Source of the DNA: the human T2T-CHM13v2.0 reference genome, Homo sapiens | Length of the DNA stretch: 64,000 nucleotides | Strand: one strand, 5' to 3' | Assembly: GCF_009914755.1 (NCBI RefSeq) | Contig: NC_060936.1 | Shown: one piece after another, positions 1 through 12,121 of the stretch | How positions within the stretch are numbered: the first letter of the stretch is position 1 | How the letters are laid out: every line of letters begins with the position of its first letter | Notes under the pieces: generated by a model | Database searches by the model: none | Seen by the model: the letters and a program-made list of their open reading frames with translations, nothing else | Told to the model about the DNA's origin: nothing | Made by a program: the position numbers and the translations under genes

Positions 1-26
1 AAACTGTTACCAGTGATGGTTTAGAC

Positions 27-319
27 CAGAACCGTCCAGTAGAAATATAAGCCACACAGTAGCCACGTTAAAACATAAAAAAGTTGAGATTAATTTTAAT
101 AATTGATTTTATTTAATCTGGTATACCTAGAATATTATTTTGACATATAATCAATATAAAAGTTTTTGATGAGATAGATATTTTATGCTCTTTTTTGAAT
201 TAAGGCTTTAGAATCCGATATGTATTTTGCATTCATGGTGTATCTCAATTCAGACTAGCCATATTTCAAGTGCTCAGTAGCCACATTTGGCTAGTTGACT
301 ACCCTGTTGGGTAGTGCAA
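27..319. mobile_element. MER33-like hAT-Charlie MITE
   Basis: gtccagtagaaatataa...agccac...ctcaattcagactagccatatttcaagtgctcagtagccacatttggctag; 8-bp TSD-like gtttagac (19-26) / gtctggac (320-327). Confidence 0.8.
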
Positions 320-399
320 GTCTGGACCGCTCTGAGTTATGGAGTTATATTATTGGTTTAATGAGACCTAATGACAGTCAAGCATTACAATGCCTGTAA

Positions 400-580
400 T
401 GTGCCATGTATAGTGTTCTCTATAATATTTTCAGAAGATCTTTGTAATAACTCTATGATGTCAGTTTTGTTATCATTTTAGACATAGACAGTGAGGTATG
501 GAGATATTAATTTGTCTAAGATTAAACAGGTAGTCTGTAGAGGAGCAGGATTTAAAGCTAAATCTGACCCTAAAACCGCT
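400..580 (-). mobile_element. MIR fragment
   Basis: Degenerate MIR core: atcattttagacatagacagtgagg...aatttgtctaagatta...ggatttaaa. Confidence 0.55.
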
Positions 581-1187
581 GTCCTGTTTTTTGTGTCTGT
601 TGCACTGTTTTAAAGCACTGCCACTAGCGTTTGGGCAGGTAGGTGGGTGAGGTGTAGTTTTGGCACTGCTCAGCCAGTGACTTGTGATTTAATTTTTCCT
701 TATTTTTAGGCACAAAGGACTTCTTAGCTTAGAGTGGAAGTGGTATCTTCTAAGTCCTTGCTCATATTCCTGATTGGGAATGTTCCTTTATACTTGTTCC
801 TCATTTCCCATTCATTAAACTGCTTTCTACAATTCTTTAAACAGGTAGAATGGAGAGATGGCTCTTTGAGTCTGTTACAGGACCGTGGCGGCAGATAAGG
901 GAAAGCTCAGCTCCTATTGGCAAAAGTGAAAACTAATGTCTAGTAAAACTTTTGTCTGGATGAAGAAGTTTTCTAAGGGTTTCAGTACTTCATTCTGAGA
1001 AAGAATTGAGAAGTTCTTATTCATCATGCTCTTTGAATTGTAAATATTTTTTCAGTTATTTTACAGGATTTTATATTGTGGATTAATACTTAGCAGCATG
1101 TTCTATTTAATTTGAATAATTTCTTTGAATTACATTTGGATTCCTAGAGAATATTTTCTCACAAACTTTTTCATTTCAAAAGGAAAA

Positions 1188-1320
1188 ACAGGCAGTCCCT
1201 AATTTTTGAATACGTTGTCTTCCAGATTGTGTGTAAAACAGTTGTTTGAACTTGGAGCATGTTTTACTACACTGGTTTTAAGTTCCTGGGCTAGCCCACA
1301 GAAGCCTATTTAAAACCACA
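1188..1320. mobile_element. Ancient Tigger (TcMar) terminal fragment
   Basis: caggcagtccc terminus followed by gttcctgggctagcccacagaagcctattt; subfamily uncertain. Confidence 0.45.
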
Positions 1321-1899
1321 TCCTATTTTAGCACTAATATACTGTTGGTTTAAGTTTAGGGAATCAGAGCATTGGATCGTGTTCTGTGGGAGTTGGAGGA
1401 GAAAGTAAGTTTATTTTTGGCTTTTAGTGTTTTCTCTTATACTTTTTCATCTCTTTAATTTCTGTTTTCCAACTTATACTGGCCTAAGCTTTCTGCTCTT
1501 TTACTATAATCTTGGCTCAATAACTTTAAAAGATTCAATAACTTCTAAGTGCTCAATAACTTCAAAATTTTCTGTATGGAATAGGTTTACTTGTTGAGTG
1601 CTTGGCAAATAAACGTTTTATGCTCATTCGTATCTCATTTAGTTTTAAGAGTTTTATGAGGTAGGGGCTAGTTTTCCATCATTAATGAGGAATCTGAGGA
1701 TTAGGTTAATCACTTTGTCCAAGTTTATAGGGCAGGGAGAGGAGTTATGGAGTTAACGTTGTTGGGTAAAAACCTTAGCAACATGACTTGAAAGCTCATC
1801 CACTAACCATTGGACATACTGTTTTCCTTTTTCACATATCCTCTTCTCCTTTCTCTCTTTACTAAGTCCCAACTCCCCCTATTCCCTCAATTCAGATAC

Positions 1900-2042
1900 T
1901 TTTTTTTTCTTTTTGAAAGAGATGTGTCTTGCTCTGTTGCCCAGGCTAGCCTCAAGTAATTACTCGGGCCTTGGGCTCAAGTAATCCTCCCACCTCAGTT
2001 TCCTGAGCAGCTGGTCTACAGGCACACACCACCAAGTCTGGC
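1900..2042 (-). mobile_element. FLAM (Alu monomer)
   Basis: T-tail, gtcttgctctgttgcccaggct...gggctcaagtaatcctcccacctcag...ctggc. Confidence 0.8.
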
Positions 2043-4556
2043 AGTCATCTACTTTAAACTAAATGTTAGGGTAAGCCATTTGATTGAATGAATTCATAAT
2101 ATAATGTTGTAGAGCTCTGTTCATAAAAATTGTATGATTTTATGATAAAATTTGGTAATGTGATTATCTTTAGTGAGGATTGAGCCAATATGGAATCAGA
2201 GTTTAGCCCTGCCTCTCTAAATTGTTCTTTATCCTTAAATGTGTAGTAGCTGGATTGCCTACAATTCTACAATTTTCTGTTAGAATTTATGGCAGTAGTT
2301 TTCAACTGTGGACTGAGAACATTTTGGGAACTGTGCCCATTATAAAGTTTGTCTGAAGACCTAATAAATAATTTGCCTTTCATACTGTGCTATTATTTTT
2401 CAATGGTATTTCAATACTGCTGTGATTAAAATATAAAATATTATATGCATGGTAGAATTTGGTCATATTTTCTTAATATAAGTGGATATCAAAAGTACTG
2501 TTATGGGGAATCTGAATATCTTGATATAAATGAAGTCCTTTTGCTTTAAGAGTGGAGAATCATTACTTAAAGAATGTTACAAGGAAATTATATATAAATT
2601 TTATATATAATATATATAGCATTTATTTTCAAGACATTCATACTTAATGTCACAGAATCAGTTGTAGTGTTGAAATGACTGACTGACTTACCAGCTGGTA
2701 ACCCCTTAATCTCAGAGGTGATTGTACAAGATCTTGATTAACTCAGATTCTATTAATATCTTTGATTGGTAAAACATTTTTGGCAGTAAGTGAAAAATTC
2801 AGGCATTATAAAAGACTTGGGGAGCCTTGCCTTGGAGTTTTCTATCTCTCTAAGAACTGTCATTTTATCCCAGTAGCTCTATGGTAGAGACAGATGAAGG
2901 TTGGAGTAGCAGTATATTGTGTTATTTTATAAACGTGCTATTTTTTATTTCATGCTGAGATTGGGAAAAGATAACTTATTAATCTATCTAAGATATATTA
3001 GGTTATCTCTCTCCATGCTGCTGGGCATAGTTACAAAACATCCTATTTTACAATGAGGAACTAGAGTCCCACAGAGGGTAACTTGCCTGAGATTCTAAGT
3101 CATAAACTTTGGAGCTAGTATTTCTTGCCTCAAGAGATTTTTTTTTTCTTTTACATTTTGCCCGTTGCTTTTTATTGTGAAGAGATACTTATTCATCTAA
3201 ATGATATAACTTGCGGAGCAAGCATTACTTAAAACAAAATTTGTATTTTACTTAAATTTTAACAACTTAAATTCTTTAATTTTTAAAAAATTGTACAAGG
3301 TTGAACTTAATACAAAATAGCTATAAATTATATTAATGCCATCTTATCCAAGAATGAAAAAGGATAAAAATATTACTCATTTACTTTGAAAATATTCAGT
3401 ACCTTTTAAAAAATTCTAATATTTGGGTTAGGAAATGAGAAACTAGGATGATTTAGGAGAGTCTTTTCCTGAGTTTTGTTTTGGGCAGAATATCAGTCCA
3501 AATGCATTTAAAAAAATAGGAGTATACTATGCTGCAAGGTTGGTTTAGATTGCTTTTTTTTTTTTTTTTTTTCGACACCTGTTTTCTTTAAAATTCCTTT
3601 TGGCTAATAAATTATTTAAGGGTTAAAATAATAAAAGACACTGGTATTACATCAGTAAGTGTGTAGTGATGAAGAACCATAGTACAAACACAGGAGTTAA
3701 GTAAGTAAAAATATATAAGCATAGTGTATGGGTTTTGATGTTTAAAATGCAAGATTAAATAGGCTATAGTAGTATGTTGGGAAATTTGGGGAAAAAAACA
3801 ACTTAAAGTGGCAAGTCAAAATTCTGCTAAGACCATATGCTAGCTAGAACAGACATGATATGAATATAAATAAGTTACTTATGCTTTAATTTGCAAGGAC
3901 TTTTACATATGTTCTTACACAATCAGCTTTACCAATTTATTACAGGGTTGTTGCCATACTTTTATTTTTCCTAATCCTTGTTCTGCAGGAAGGGAGGATA
4001 CACTGAATGAATAAAAGCAGATAAACTTAAAATCAATGGTTTTGCCATATAAGATCATCTTAGGATTTAAAAGGGTTTTAGAAGCCATTAGCTACTTTAG
4101 GCAATATTAGCTACTTTAGCTACTTCAGGGGTTTGAGGGAGATAATGTTTTAGTTGGGCTCTTTTGGTTATAAGGATAGTTTTAAGAAAGTGAGTGTTTA
4201 CTATGAGGATATGTGTAGACTTCAACTGTAGAGACTTTAACAATTCAATTCAAGGGATTCCAGGTCTGTGCTTGTGTGTGTGCCTCTGTCTCTCAGTACT
4301 GTGCTAAGTTTTTCTTGGGTTGTTTCACTTAATTCTTAAAATTGAGGCCTAGGGAGGTTAAGAAACTCATCCAAAGTCAGTAAGTGGCAGAACCAGATTT
4401 GAGTGCAGATAATCTGACTCCCACTATGGGATCTTTGTCCCTGTACTGTACTATCTGCACAATTTTGTATTTCATGTATTTGTTTTTTAAATTTCCTTTG
4501 GAATTATTCCCACTTCCCCCCTTTAAAAAAAAAAATCTCACATTCTACTAGACTAG

Positions 4557-4737
4557 GAGTTCTTAAACAGTGGTCCATCAATCTTAAGGAAGAGATAAAT
4601 GGACTCCAGGTAAGCAGTAGCTCCTTGAAATTATATGTACATTTTTGAATATGTATGCATTTTTGCAGGGTGAGGGTTCATAAATTTTATTAAATTCTCA
4701 AAAGGATCTCTGTCCTTCAAAGTAGTAAGAGTCACTG
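4557..4737. mobile_element. MER103-like hAT-Charlie MITE
   Basis: ggagttcttaaacagtggtccat...gagggttcataaattttattaaattctcaaaagg...aagagtcactg. Confidence 0.6.
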
Positions 4738-5244
4738 TACTATCAGCAGCTCTAGGGAAGGTTCTGAGTTCTTATCTTTGTATTCCCTAGCACCTGGTTT
4801 TTGGTTACTCAATAAATATTTGTTGAACAGACCTTAACAAATAGAGATGGTATGTAGGAAAATAAGTTTGAATTTAGTCCTAATCTGGAATTTGAAGATG
4901 CTTTCACTGTTTATTTAAAATGGTGTTAAGGATCAATCTTACTGACTTGGTCCAGAAAACTGTTTTCTGGCAGATTCAAATTTTATGAATCAAGTTTTTT
5001 GAAGTTAGGTTTTTGAAATCAGAGAATAAAGCAAAATTCAGCATTTAGAGTCTACAGTAGGGTGTCTAAAAAAGGCCAGTTTTTTTTCCCCCTCCAGTAT
5101 AGTATAAAGACTCTTTTAATATTGGATAAAGGATTAGGGAACATTATACATTTTAAACATTAAAATCATACTGCAGGGTTGAAGTACACTATATAAGCTA
5201 CATGGAAACTGAGAGCAGCTGAAGGCGGGGAGAGATAGCCTAGT

Positions 5245-5565
5245 AAACTTTAGGCAGAATAAATTAAACAGTTTATTTGAGCAAAGGATGATTTATGAAT
5301 TGGGCAATACTTAGAACCGGAAGGGATCCAGAGAACTCCTCTCCAAAGCAGTGATGGGCAGTGAGCTTTTATAGGCTGAATGTGGAAGTAAGACAAAACA
5401 TAAGTGGAAAGGCCCTAGTTAGAAGTTAGTTGGTGGTTTCTGATTGGGTATGCTTAAGTTTTGTTTTACTGTTTACACGGGATTGGGTTTTGGTTTGCTT
5501 ACAGAGGAGTTCTGTTCACAGAGAAAATCTTCAGGCTAATGGCTTCCTCCTTACTTGCTTTAACA
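5245..5565 (-). mobile_element. 3' LTR of the provirus (outer end eroded)
   Basis: aaactttagg...atgatttatgaattgggca...ggctaatggcttc...ttaaca; aligns with 13907-14247. Confidence 0.85.
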
Positions 5566-5726
5566 ATTTTCTCCTTTTGTCAGCCTCTCAATCTTGAGTG
5601 CTTGACTAAAACTTTGAGCATTGTTGACACTTTCTGTCACCATTATAGTGACTTACTTGGTCTCAGTATGGAATACAAAAGTCATGATGTCAGGCTCATG
5701 GAAGAAGTATTCCTTTCTTGTTCATC

Positions 5727-6250
5727 TTATTTTTGTTGCTCTAATTGCAGTGAGACCATTTGGCATATTGCTGATGGCTGCAAACATTCATTTAAGACAC
5801 TAGAAAGAATACAGTGCACCAGGGAGATGACAATGGGCACTATCAGGAGGATAATAGTAGTTCTTTCTTACCCACAGGCAGTATGTTTCAAGACTCCCAT
5901 TACTCCTGCAGTGGATGCCTGAAAATGGATACTATCAAACCCTATATATACTATGTTTTTCCTGTAATACATACTTATGATAAAGTTTAATTTATAAATT
6001 AGGCACAGTTAAGAGATTAAAACAATAACCCAATGATAGAATTGTAGCAATATACTAATAAAAGTTATGCGAATATGGTCTCTCTCAAAATATCTTATTT
6101 ACTGTACTCATCTATTTTTGGTCCATGGTTGACCAGGGGTAACTGAAACTGCAGAAAGTGAAACTGCCATAAGGAGGGAGGAGGGACTACTGTCATCAAA
6201 GGACTGGTGTATGCTCTTTAGCCAAGGCCTCCATGAACAGAACCAAGTAA
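5727..6250 (-). pseudogene. ERV env TM/cytoplasmic-tail remnant split by MER44
   Basis: Minus strand reads WFCSWRPWLKSIHQSF, then the MER44 insertion, then IILLIVPIVISLVHCILSSVLNECLQPSAICQMVSLQLEQQK*. This is a Trp-rich membrane-proximal segment, TM and tail just before the PPT. Confidence 0.7.
5855..6192. mobile_element. MER44A-like Tigger MITE nested in the ERV
   Basis: cagtggatgcctgaaa...ccctatatatactatg...gtaactgaaactgcagaaagtgaaact...gggactactg. Confidence 0.85.
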
Positions 6251-7124
6251 AATAAAAAGGTTGATGGCTAGAACAAACCATAAACTCACTCTCTGTGTCC
6301 GGAGGGCAGTTGGTCAAGGTTTCTAGATTTGAGCTCAAAGCATATTTCCCTGGTTTGCAGTTTGAATGTTTCTGGTTATGGCAATGGGCATTTTGGTGAA
6401 CTCCCTGAGTGGCCCATTCATCAGCAGGGATGAGTGTTGCCCAGTACCCGCCTGTAGGGCGTCAGAAACCAAGCAGTTTATAGATACAATGTCAAGGACA
6501 ATGAACAGGACTAGAATCTGATATGCACAAGGGTGCCCTGTAGTTTTCTACTGAAACATAATTTTTCTCTCTACAGCTGCTCCCATTTCTATCAAAGATA
6601 ATCACAATAAGACTAATTTGTTTGCAAAATAGGTCTAGTCTCATTAAACTTGGCTTGATAGTTCACATACGTGCAGCGAGAGTAGTGATGGACCATATAG
6701 GCTCTCTTTAAATCTGCTTTGCTGGAATTTTTAAAGGCATCTCAGATTAGACTTTTAAAAGCCTCTCTAGGCTATGAAGCCATGCTGAAGACTTACCAGT
6801 AGACTTTGCCCGTAATACCTATAGATTTGGATGAATTCCTCTCTTCTCAAGGTCCTCAAAATATTTTTAAAGTTACTGGGCCTGCCTTACTCAACTCTTA
6901 AGGCCAGGAAACCCTTAAAGCCTCGTACCACACTAGTTTTTTCCAAGGGGCTTTCATGGCTTCATAAAGTAAACCTTAGTTCTTTAAAACTGGCCATATC
7001 CAGCTCTATGTACATTTTCAAATATGACTTTCCGGTCAAAAGCCTTGGTATTATAACCAGTGTTTCCAGTTATAACTTGTTACAAAGAGAACAGATTTTT
7101 ATTGAACTTATGCAAGTAACTTAC

Positions 7125-7719
7125 TGCAAACCAAAAATAAAATTCGAAGGCCCCCTGCAACCATCTGAATGGACTTCCTCCTTGGCTAGGGCACCCTAAC
7201 ATTTAACCTGAAAGACTGCTTCAGGCCATGATGGGAAGTGGGGGTTGAACATGCCTCATTTATGTTGGGGTTGGACACGTCTCATTTATACCTCTCTAGT
7301 ATTAATGTCAACACAGACCCTAGGTCTGATAGGAAACATATACAGTCTATTCTCTCTAAAGCTTGCTACTTGGAGGCTTCATCTGCATGATAAAAACCTA
7401 GGTCTCTGCAACCCCTTCCTTTCTATACATCATAACTCTTTCAACCAATTGCCAATCAGAATATGTTTAAACCTACCTATGACCTGGAAGCCCCTGCTTT
7501 GAGTTTTCCCCATCTTCCAGATCGAACCAGTGTAAATCTTACATGTTTCGATTGATGTATTATGTCTCCCTAAAATGTATAAAAGCAAGCTGTACCCCAA
7601 ACACCATAGGCACATGTTGACAGGACCTCCTGAGGCTGTGTCATGGGTGGGTCCTTAACCTTGGCGAAATAAACTTTCAAAATTGATTGAGACTTGTCTC
7701 AGTTACTTTTTGGTCTACA
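7125..7719 (+). mobile_element. MER4-type solo LTR nested in the ERV
   Basis: tgcaaaccaaaaataaaattc...ccatctgaatggac...AATAAA (7668)...ttttggtctaca. Confidence 0.85.
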
Positions 7720-8572
7720 TTGTATTGCCATAAAAATAGAAATACTTGGTTACGGTTTCTGAATTCTGGAGGGATCAGATAGTTGAGAAAAGGTGTTTCA
7801 TCTTCATTCACAAAGGTATAGTTTACCAAATTGTTGAAAGTTGTAGAGATAGCTTAAGAGAAAAGAAAAAAGTTTCCTTAAATCTGCAAAGCACAACATT
7901 GCAGAATCAGCAATGTTTTAAACAAAAAGGCCATAAAAATAACCTATAATTTTTCTTCATCAGTCGTTCAGTCTCATGTAATTCCTGTTCTGCTTGATGT
8001 CAGTTTAACAATTTTATGAACCAGTTTCTTTAATAGTGTTGTGGAAACTCTTAGCCAGAGCAATGGTATAATCTTAAAGTTATAAGAAACCTGTACTTGT
8101 TCAGAGTCTCTTCCATGAATCTCCTTGAAGACGAAACACTTTAGGATTATAGTTGCTTGCAAAAGCTTTCAGGAAAGCATCAGAGTAAAAATTATCTCTG
8201 GATGACAGGACTTAAAATGGCTATGATAAGAATTTATTATGCAATCGACAAGGAAATTTTATTTTTTGTGACATCAGTATTTTAACATAAAAATCAAAAT
8301 TATGACTGGTAACATCATAACAGGACATATCAGATTTGTAGGAATTTCATACCATTTCTAGAACACTCAATAACATACCCAGGCAAATATAACTCAAGGA
8401 AAGTTAAACATCATTGCTTATTTGACAGTGCTTACCGTGTAAATTTAACATACTGAATAAGGTAGTTTAACATCTCTCTTTTTATGAGGAGAGAGAACAG
8501 ATTCTTTTGAGATATTCTAGGAATCCCCTGGAAACTACCGAAGTTAGTTCAAGGTGAGAAAGACCTAATGGA

Positions 8573-8902
<330 letters not shown>

Positions 8903-9977
8903 TCAAAAATATCAGAGGTTTAAAAATACTTGATTAAAGTAGATCACAGATCACTTGAAGTAATACCTACTGATTTAACCAGAGTGGTAATTTAGAGACA
9001 AATATAGAAAGTTACACAGTTGCTTAAAAAAAAAAAAAAGCACCTTAGCTCTTTTAATATGAAGAATTCGGTTTTCTTAAGCAAAGACCTAATAAAGCAA
9101 GAACAGACCAATACTTCAAGAAAAGTTTGTTACCACTGTACTTTTGATATTAAGGGTCATCATTTTTAAAGTAACTTTTAAATATAAAATTCATTCACGT
9201 CCTAGCCACCTTGACCATACATAAAATTCCTTTTTCACGGTTGCTTTTCTACATGTCTACAGTTTTCTCATATGCATTCATATGAATGCCCTATAGGGCA
9301 CGGGTTTTGTCCTATACCTGTATAGGTTTTGCCTGTGTGGGTATAGGTTTTGCCCTATACCCGTCTTCCTTCCCATTGTGCACAACCAGTCATTCTTCTT
9401 TAGGATGGAAGTTACTTTTTCCCTTAACAAAAACACATCTTTTATACCTTAATAGCTTTTTTTTTAACCAAAAACATGTCTTACTTTCCTCCATACAGAG
9501 TTGTTTACCTTATTATTTCTAGTTTTAATTACCATATAGTAATTGGAATTTGTAAATTTAATTTTTAGAAGCATGTGCTTCTTCATGGTACAGTTTTTCA
9601 GTGGGACACAGGACATGATTACTAACAGACCTGAATATCTTTCGTTCTGAAATAAGCCAAAAGTGGATAACTTAAGTTGAGCACTTAATGTTTCAGTATT
9701 TTATCTATGTGGAAATGATCTAGATATTCAATGAATATCTGTCATTTAATTTAACTTAGCAAAACTCCAATAGTGTAAGTTAACAGATTTTGGAAACTGG
9801 TTTTAAGTAGATGTATTATAACATAAAACAAAGCTAGCCATTATCAAGTTATTTCCTTGTTAGCTATTTTTACAGCATGTGCATGTTAGGTAGTCATCGT
9901 GAAAGCAAGAATCTTAAGTTAAATACATGTTTTTTTTGTTTGTTTGTTTTACTGCTGTGCTGTATAATACATGATGC

Positions 9978-10651
9978 TGTTAGCAGCGGAACGTATCAGA
10001 GACACGGCACCAAAGTATGTTACTGTCGGCGAATTCATACGGCTCTGCAGCAACCTCAGTTCTTGCCTTCTCAGCAGAAAGAATTCGACTGAGAGGCATA
10101 AGGCAGAAGGAGAGATTGAGGCAAGTTTTAAAGCAGGAGTGAAAGCTTTAAAGCAGGAATGAAAGGAAGTAAAGTATACTTGGAAGAGGGCCAAGTGGGT
10201 GACTTGAGAGATTAAGTGTGCGGTTTGACCTTTTGACTTGGGGTTTTATATGGTGGCATGCTTCTGGGGTCTTGCATCCCTTTTCCCATGATTCTTCCCT
10301 TGGGGTGGGCTGTTTGTATGTGCAGTGGCCTGCTAGCACTTGGAAGGGGCCAGCCTATGCAGTGTGTTTACTGGAGTTGTATGCATGCTCTTTTGAGGTG
10401 TTTTTCCCTTACCACTCACATGTCCCTGGAAGGTCATATATCAGTTAAAATCCTCCATGTTGCTTCTTAATGCATATGCTGGAGCCCACTCGCCCGACTC
10501 CTGACATCTTATTGGAAAGCTGCTGATCACCAATTTCAGGTGTTTCTGTTTACTGGGAGACTGCGGATCCCTGGCTCTGGCTGCAACCAATTATTAGAGA
10601 GACAGTTAACAACTGCCTGGCCATCTCCTGATGGTCGCCTAACATAACTGG

Positions 10652-10700
<49 letters not shown>

Positions 10701-10755
10701 GGGGGAGGGGGCCTCTCCTGCCCTGCTTATACCTGACTAGCTACCTACTGTAACA
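9978..10755 (-). mobile_element. MER50 solo LTR nested in the ERV
   Basis: Reverse strand begins tgttacagtaggtagctagtcagg; TSD-like atgc/aggc. Confidence 0.85.
10653..10698. repeat. (TG)23 perfect microsatellite
   Basis: Direct count; lies inside the MER50 LTR. Confidence 0.97.
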
Positions 10756-11160
10756 AGGCACTTGGAAACTGGACGTTGCACTTTCACTTGCACATTTGTT
10801 CTTAGGTTGAACCCATAGTTCTATAATCTTAAACATCTAGTAAAGATAACAAACTTATTTGACTAGTAAAAGCAGGTAAAATAAAATGTTATGCTCGTAT
10901 TATACTTAAAGCTGGTAACTCAGAAGACACAGCTGTTTGTATTAAACCAACAATATTGAGCTAGTCTTATTTACCCAAGATTTACCCAAGTTATGTGAAC
11001 TTTAAAAACATTTTGGGTTAGTTCCATTGTCTTTAAGAGTTTAAGTAATACAGTCTTCCTTCTGTCAAGGTTCCATGACCCCCTGTGGAAACCAAAATCT
11101 GAAGATGCTCAAGTTCCACAGTTGGCCTTGTACATACAAAAAGTTAGCCCACTGTATTCT

Positions 11161-12121
11161 TGTAACCATCCAGTGGGTTCATTTTGCCTGTTGCCCAGAT
11201 AGAGCTGATTTATCAAGAGAGGGGAATTGCAATAGAGAAAGATTTTAATTCATGGAGAGCCAGCTGAATGGGAGACTGGAGTTTTATTACTTCTCGTATC
11301 CACCTCCCTGAAAATTTGGAGGCTAGGGTTTTTCAAGGATAGTTTGGTGGACAAGGGAATGGGTGCTGCTAATTGGTTGTGGATGCAATCATAGCGGTGT
11401 GGAAATGGTCCCTGTGTGCTGAGTCTGCTTCTAGGTAGGGGCTACAAGGACCTGTTGAGTCAAGGGTCGTGGGTCTGGATGGGGCTGTTGGTGGTCCGAA
11501 ACATAAAAGCTTGAAAAGACGTATCAAAAGGCTAGTCTTAGGCTCTACAATACTGATGTAGGAGTAATTGGGGAGATTGTAAATCTTGTGATCGCCAGGA
11601 TAATGTCTGGTAATTGATATCTATACCTTAGCAGAATTTGGGCTCCTCTCATCTTCCTAATTTTGTGGTCTTTCATTAGTTTTACATAGGCAGTTTAGTT
11701 TTGGGGAATGGTTAGTATTTAAACTATTATCTTAATTATACTTTAGATTATAATTTATAAATTATACTTTAGATTATAATTTATAAATTATAATTTAGAT
11801 TATAATTTATAAATTATACTTTAGATTATAATTTATAAATTATAATTTAGATTATAATTTATAAATTATAATTTAGATTATAATTTATAAATTATAATTT
11901 AGATTATAATTTATAAAATTAAAATAAAATAATTATTAAATTATTATAATCTAAATTATTGAATTGTAATCTAAATTTCTCCCAAAGTTAGCTTGGCCCA
12001 AGCCCCAGGAATGACTAAGTAGACATTTTGGAGGTTGAAGGCAAGATGGGAGTTGGTTAGATCAGATCCCTTTCAATGTCATAATTTTCTTACTGTTATA
12101 GTTTTTGCAAAGGTGGTTTCA
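11161..12121 (-). mobile_element. LTR8A-like solo LTR
   Basis: Reverse strand begins tgaaaccacctttgcaaaaactataac; perfect 4-bp TSD TTCT (11157-11160 / 12122-12125). Confidence 0.88.
11734..11915. repeat. AT-rich minisatellite, 7 x 26 bp, AATTATA(C/A)TTTAGATTATAATTTATA
   Basis: Units start at 11734, 11760, 11786, 11812, 11838, 11864 and 11890; variant order C,C,A,C,A,A,A. Confidence 0.95.

Noticed and set aside
4088-4127. Short ttagctactt repeats, and similar 10-20 bp duplications at ~23333, 24448, 26941 and 42535
   Set aside because: Ordinary slippage-scale duplications with no further structure.
5461-5922. 153-aa + strand ORF, the longest in the track
   Set aside because: Non-ATG start; runs antisense across an LTR, the env remnant and MER44, so it is a chance frame.
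6831-7199. 122-aa ORF
   Set aside because: Antisense to ERV internal sequence and crosses into a nested LTR; no recognisable domain.
11734-11915. CRISPR-like regular repeat
   Set aside because: Head-to-tail units with no unique spacers, in a eukaryotic LTR; it is a minisatellite.
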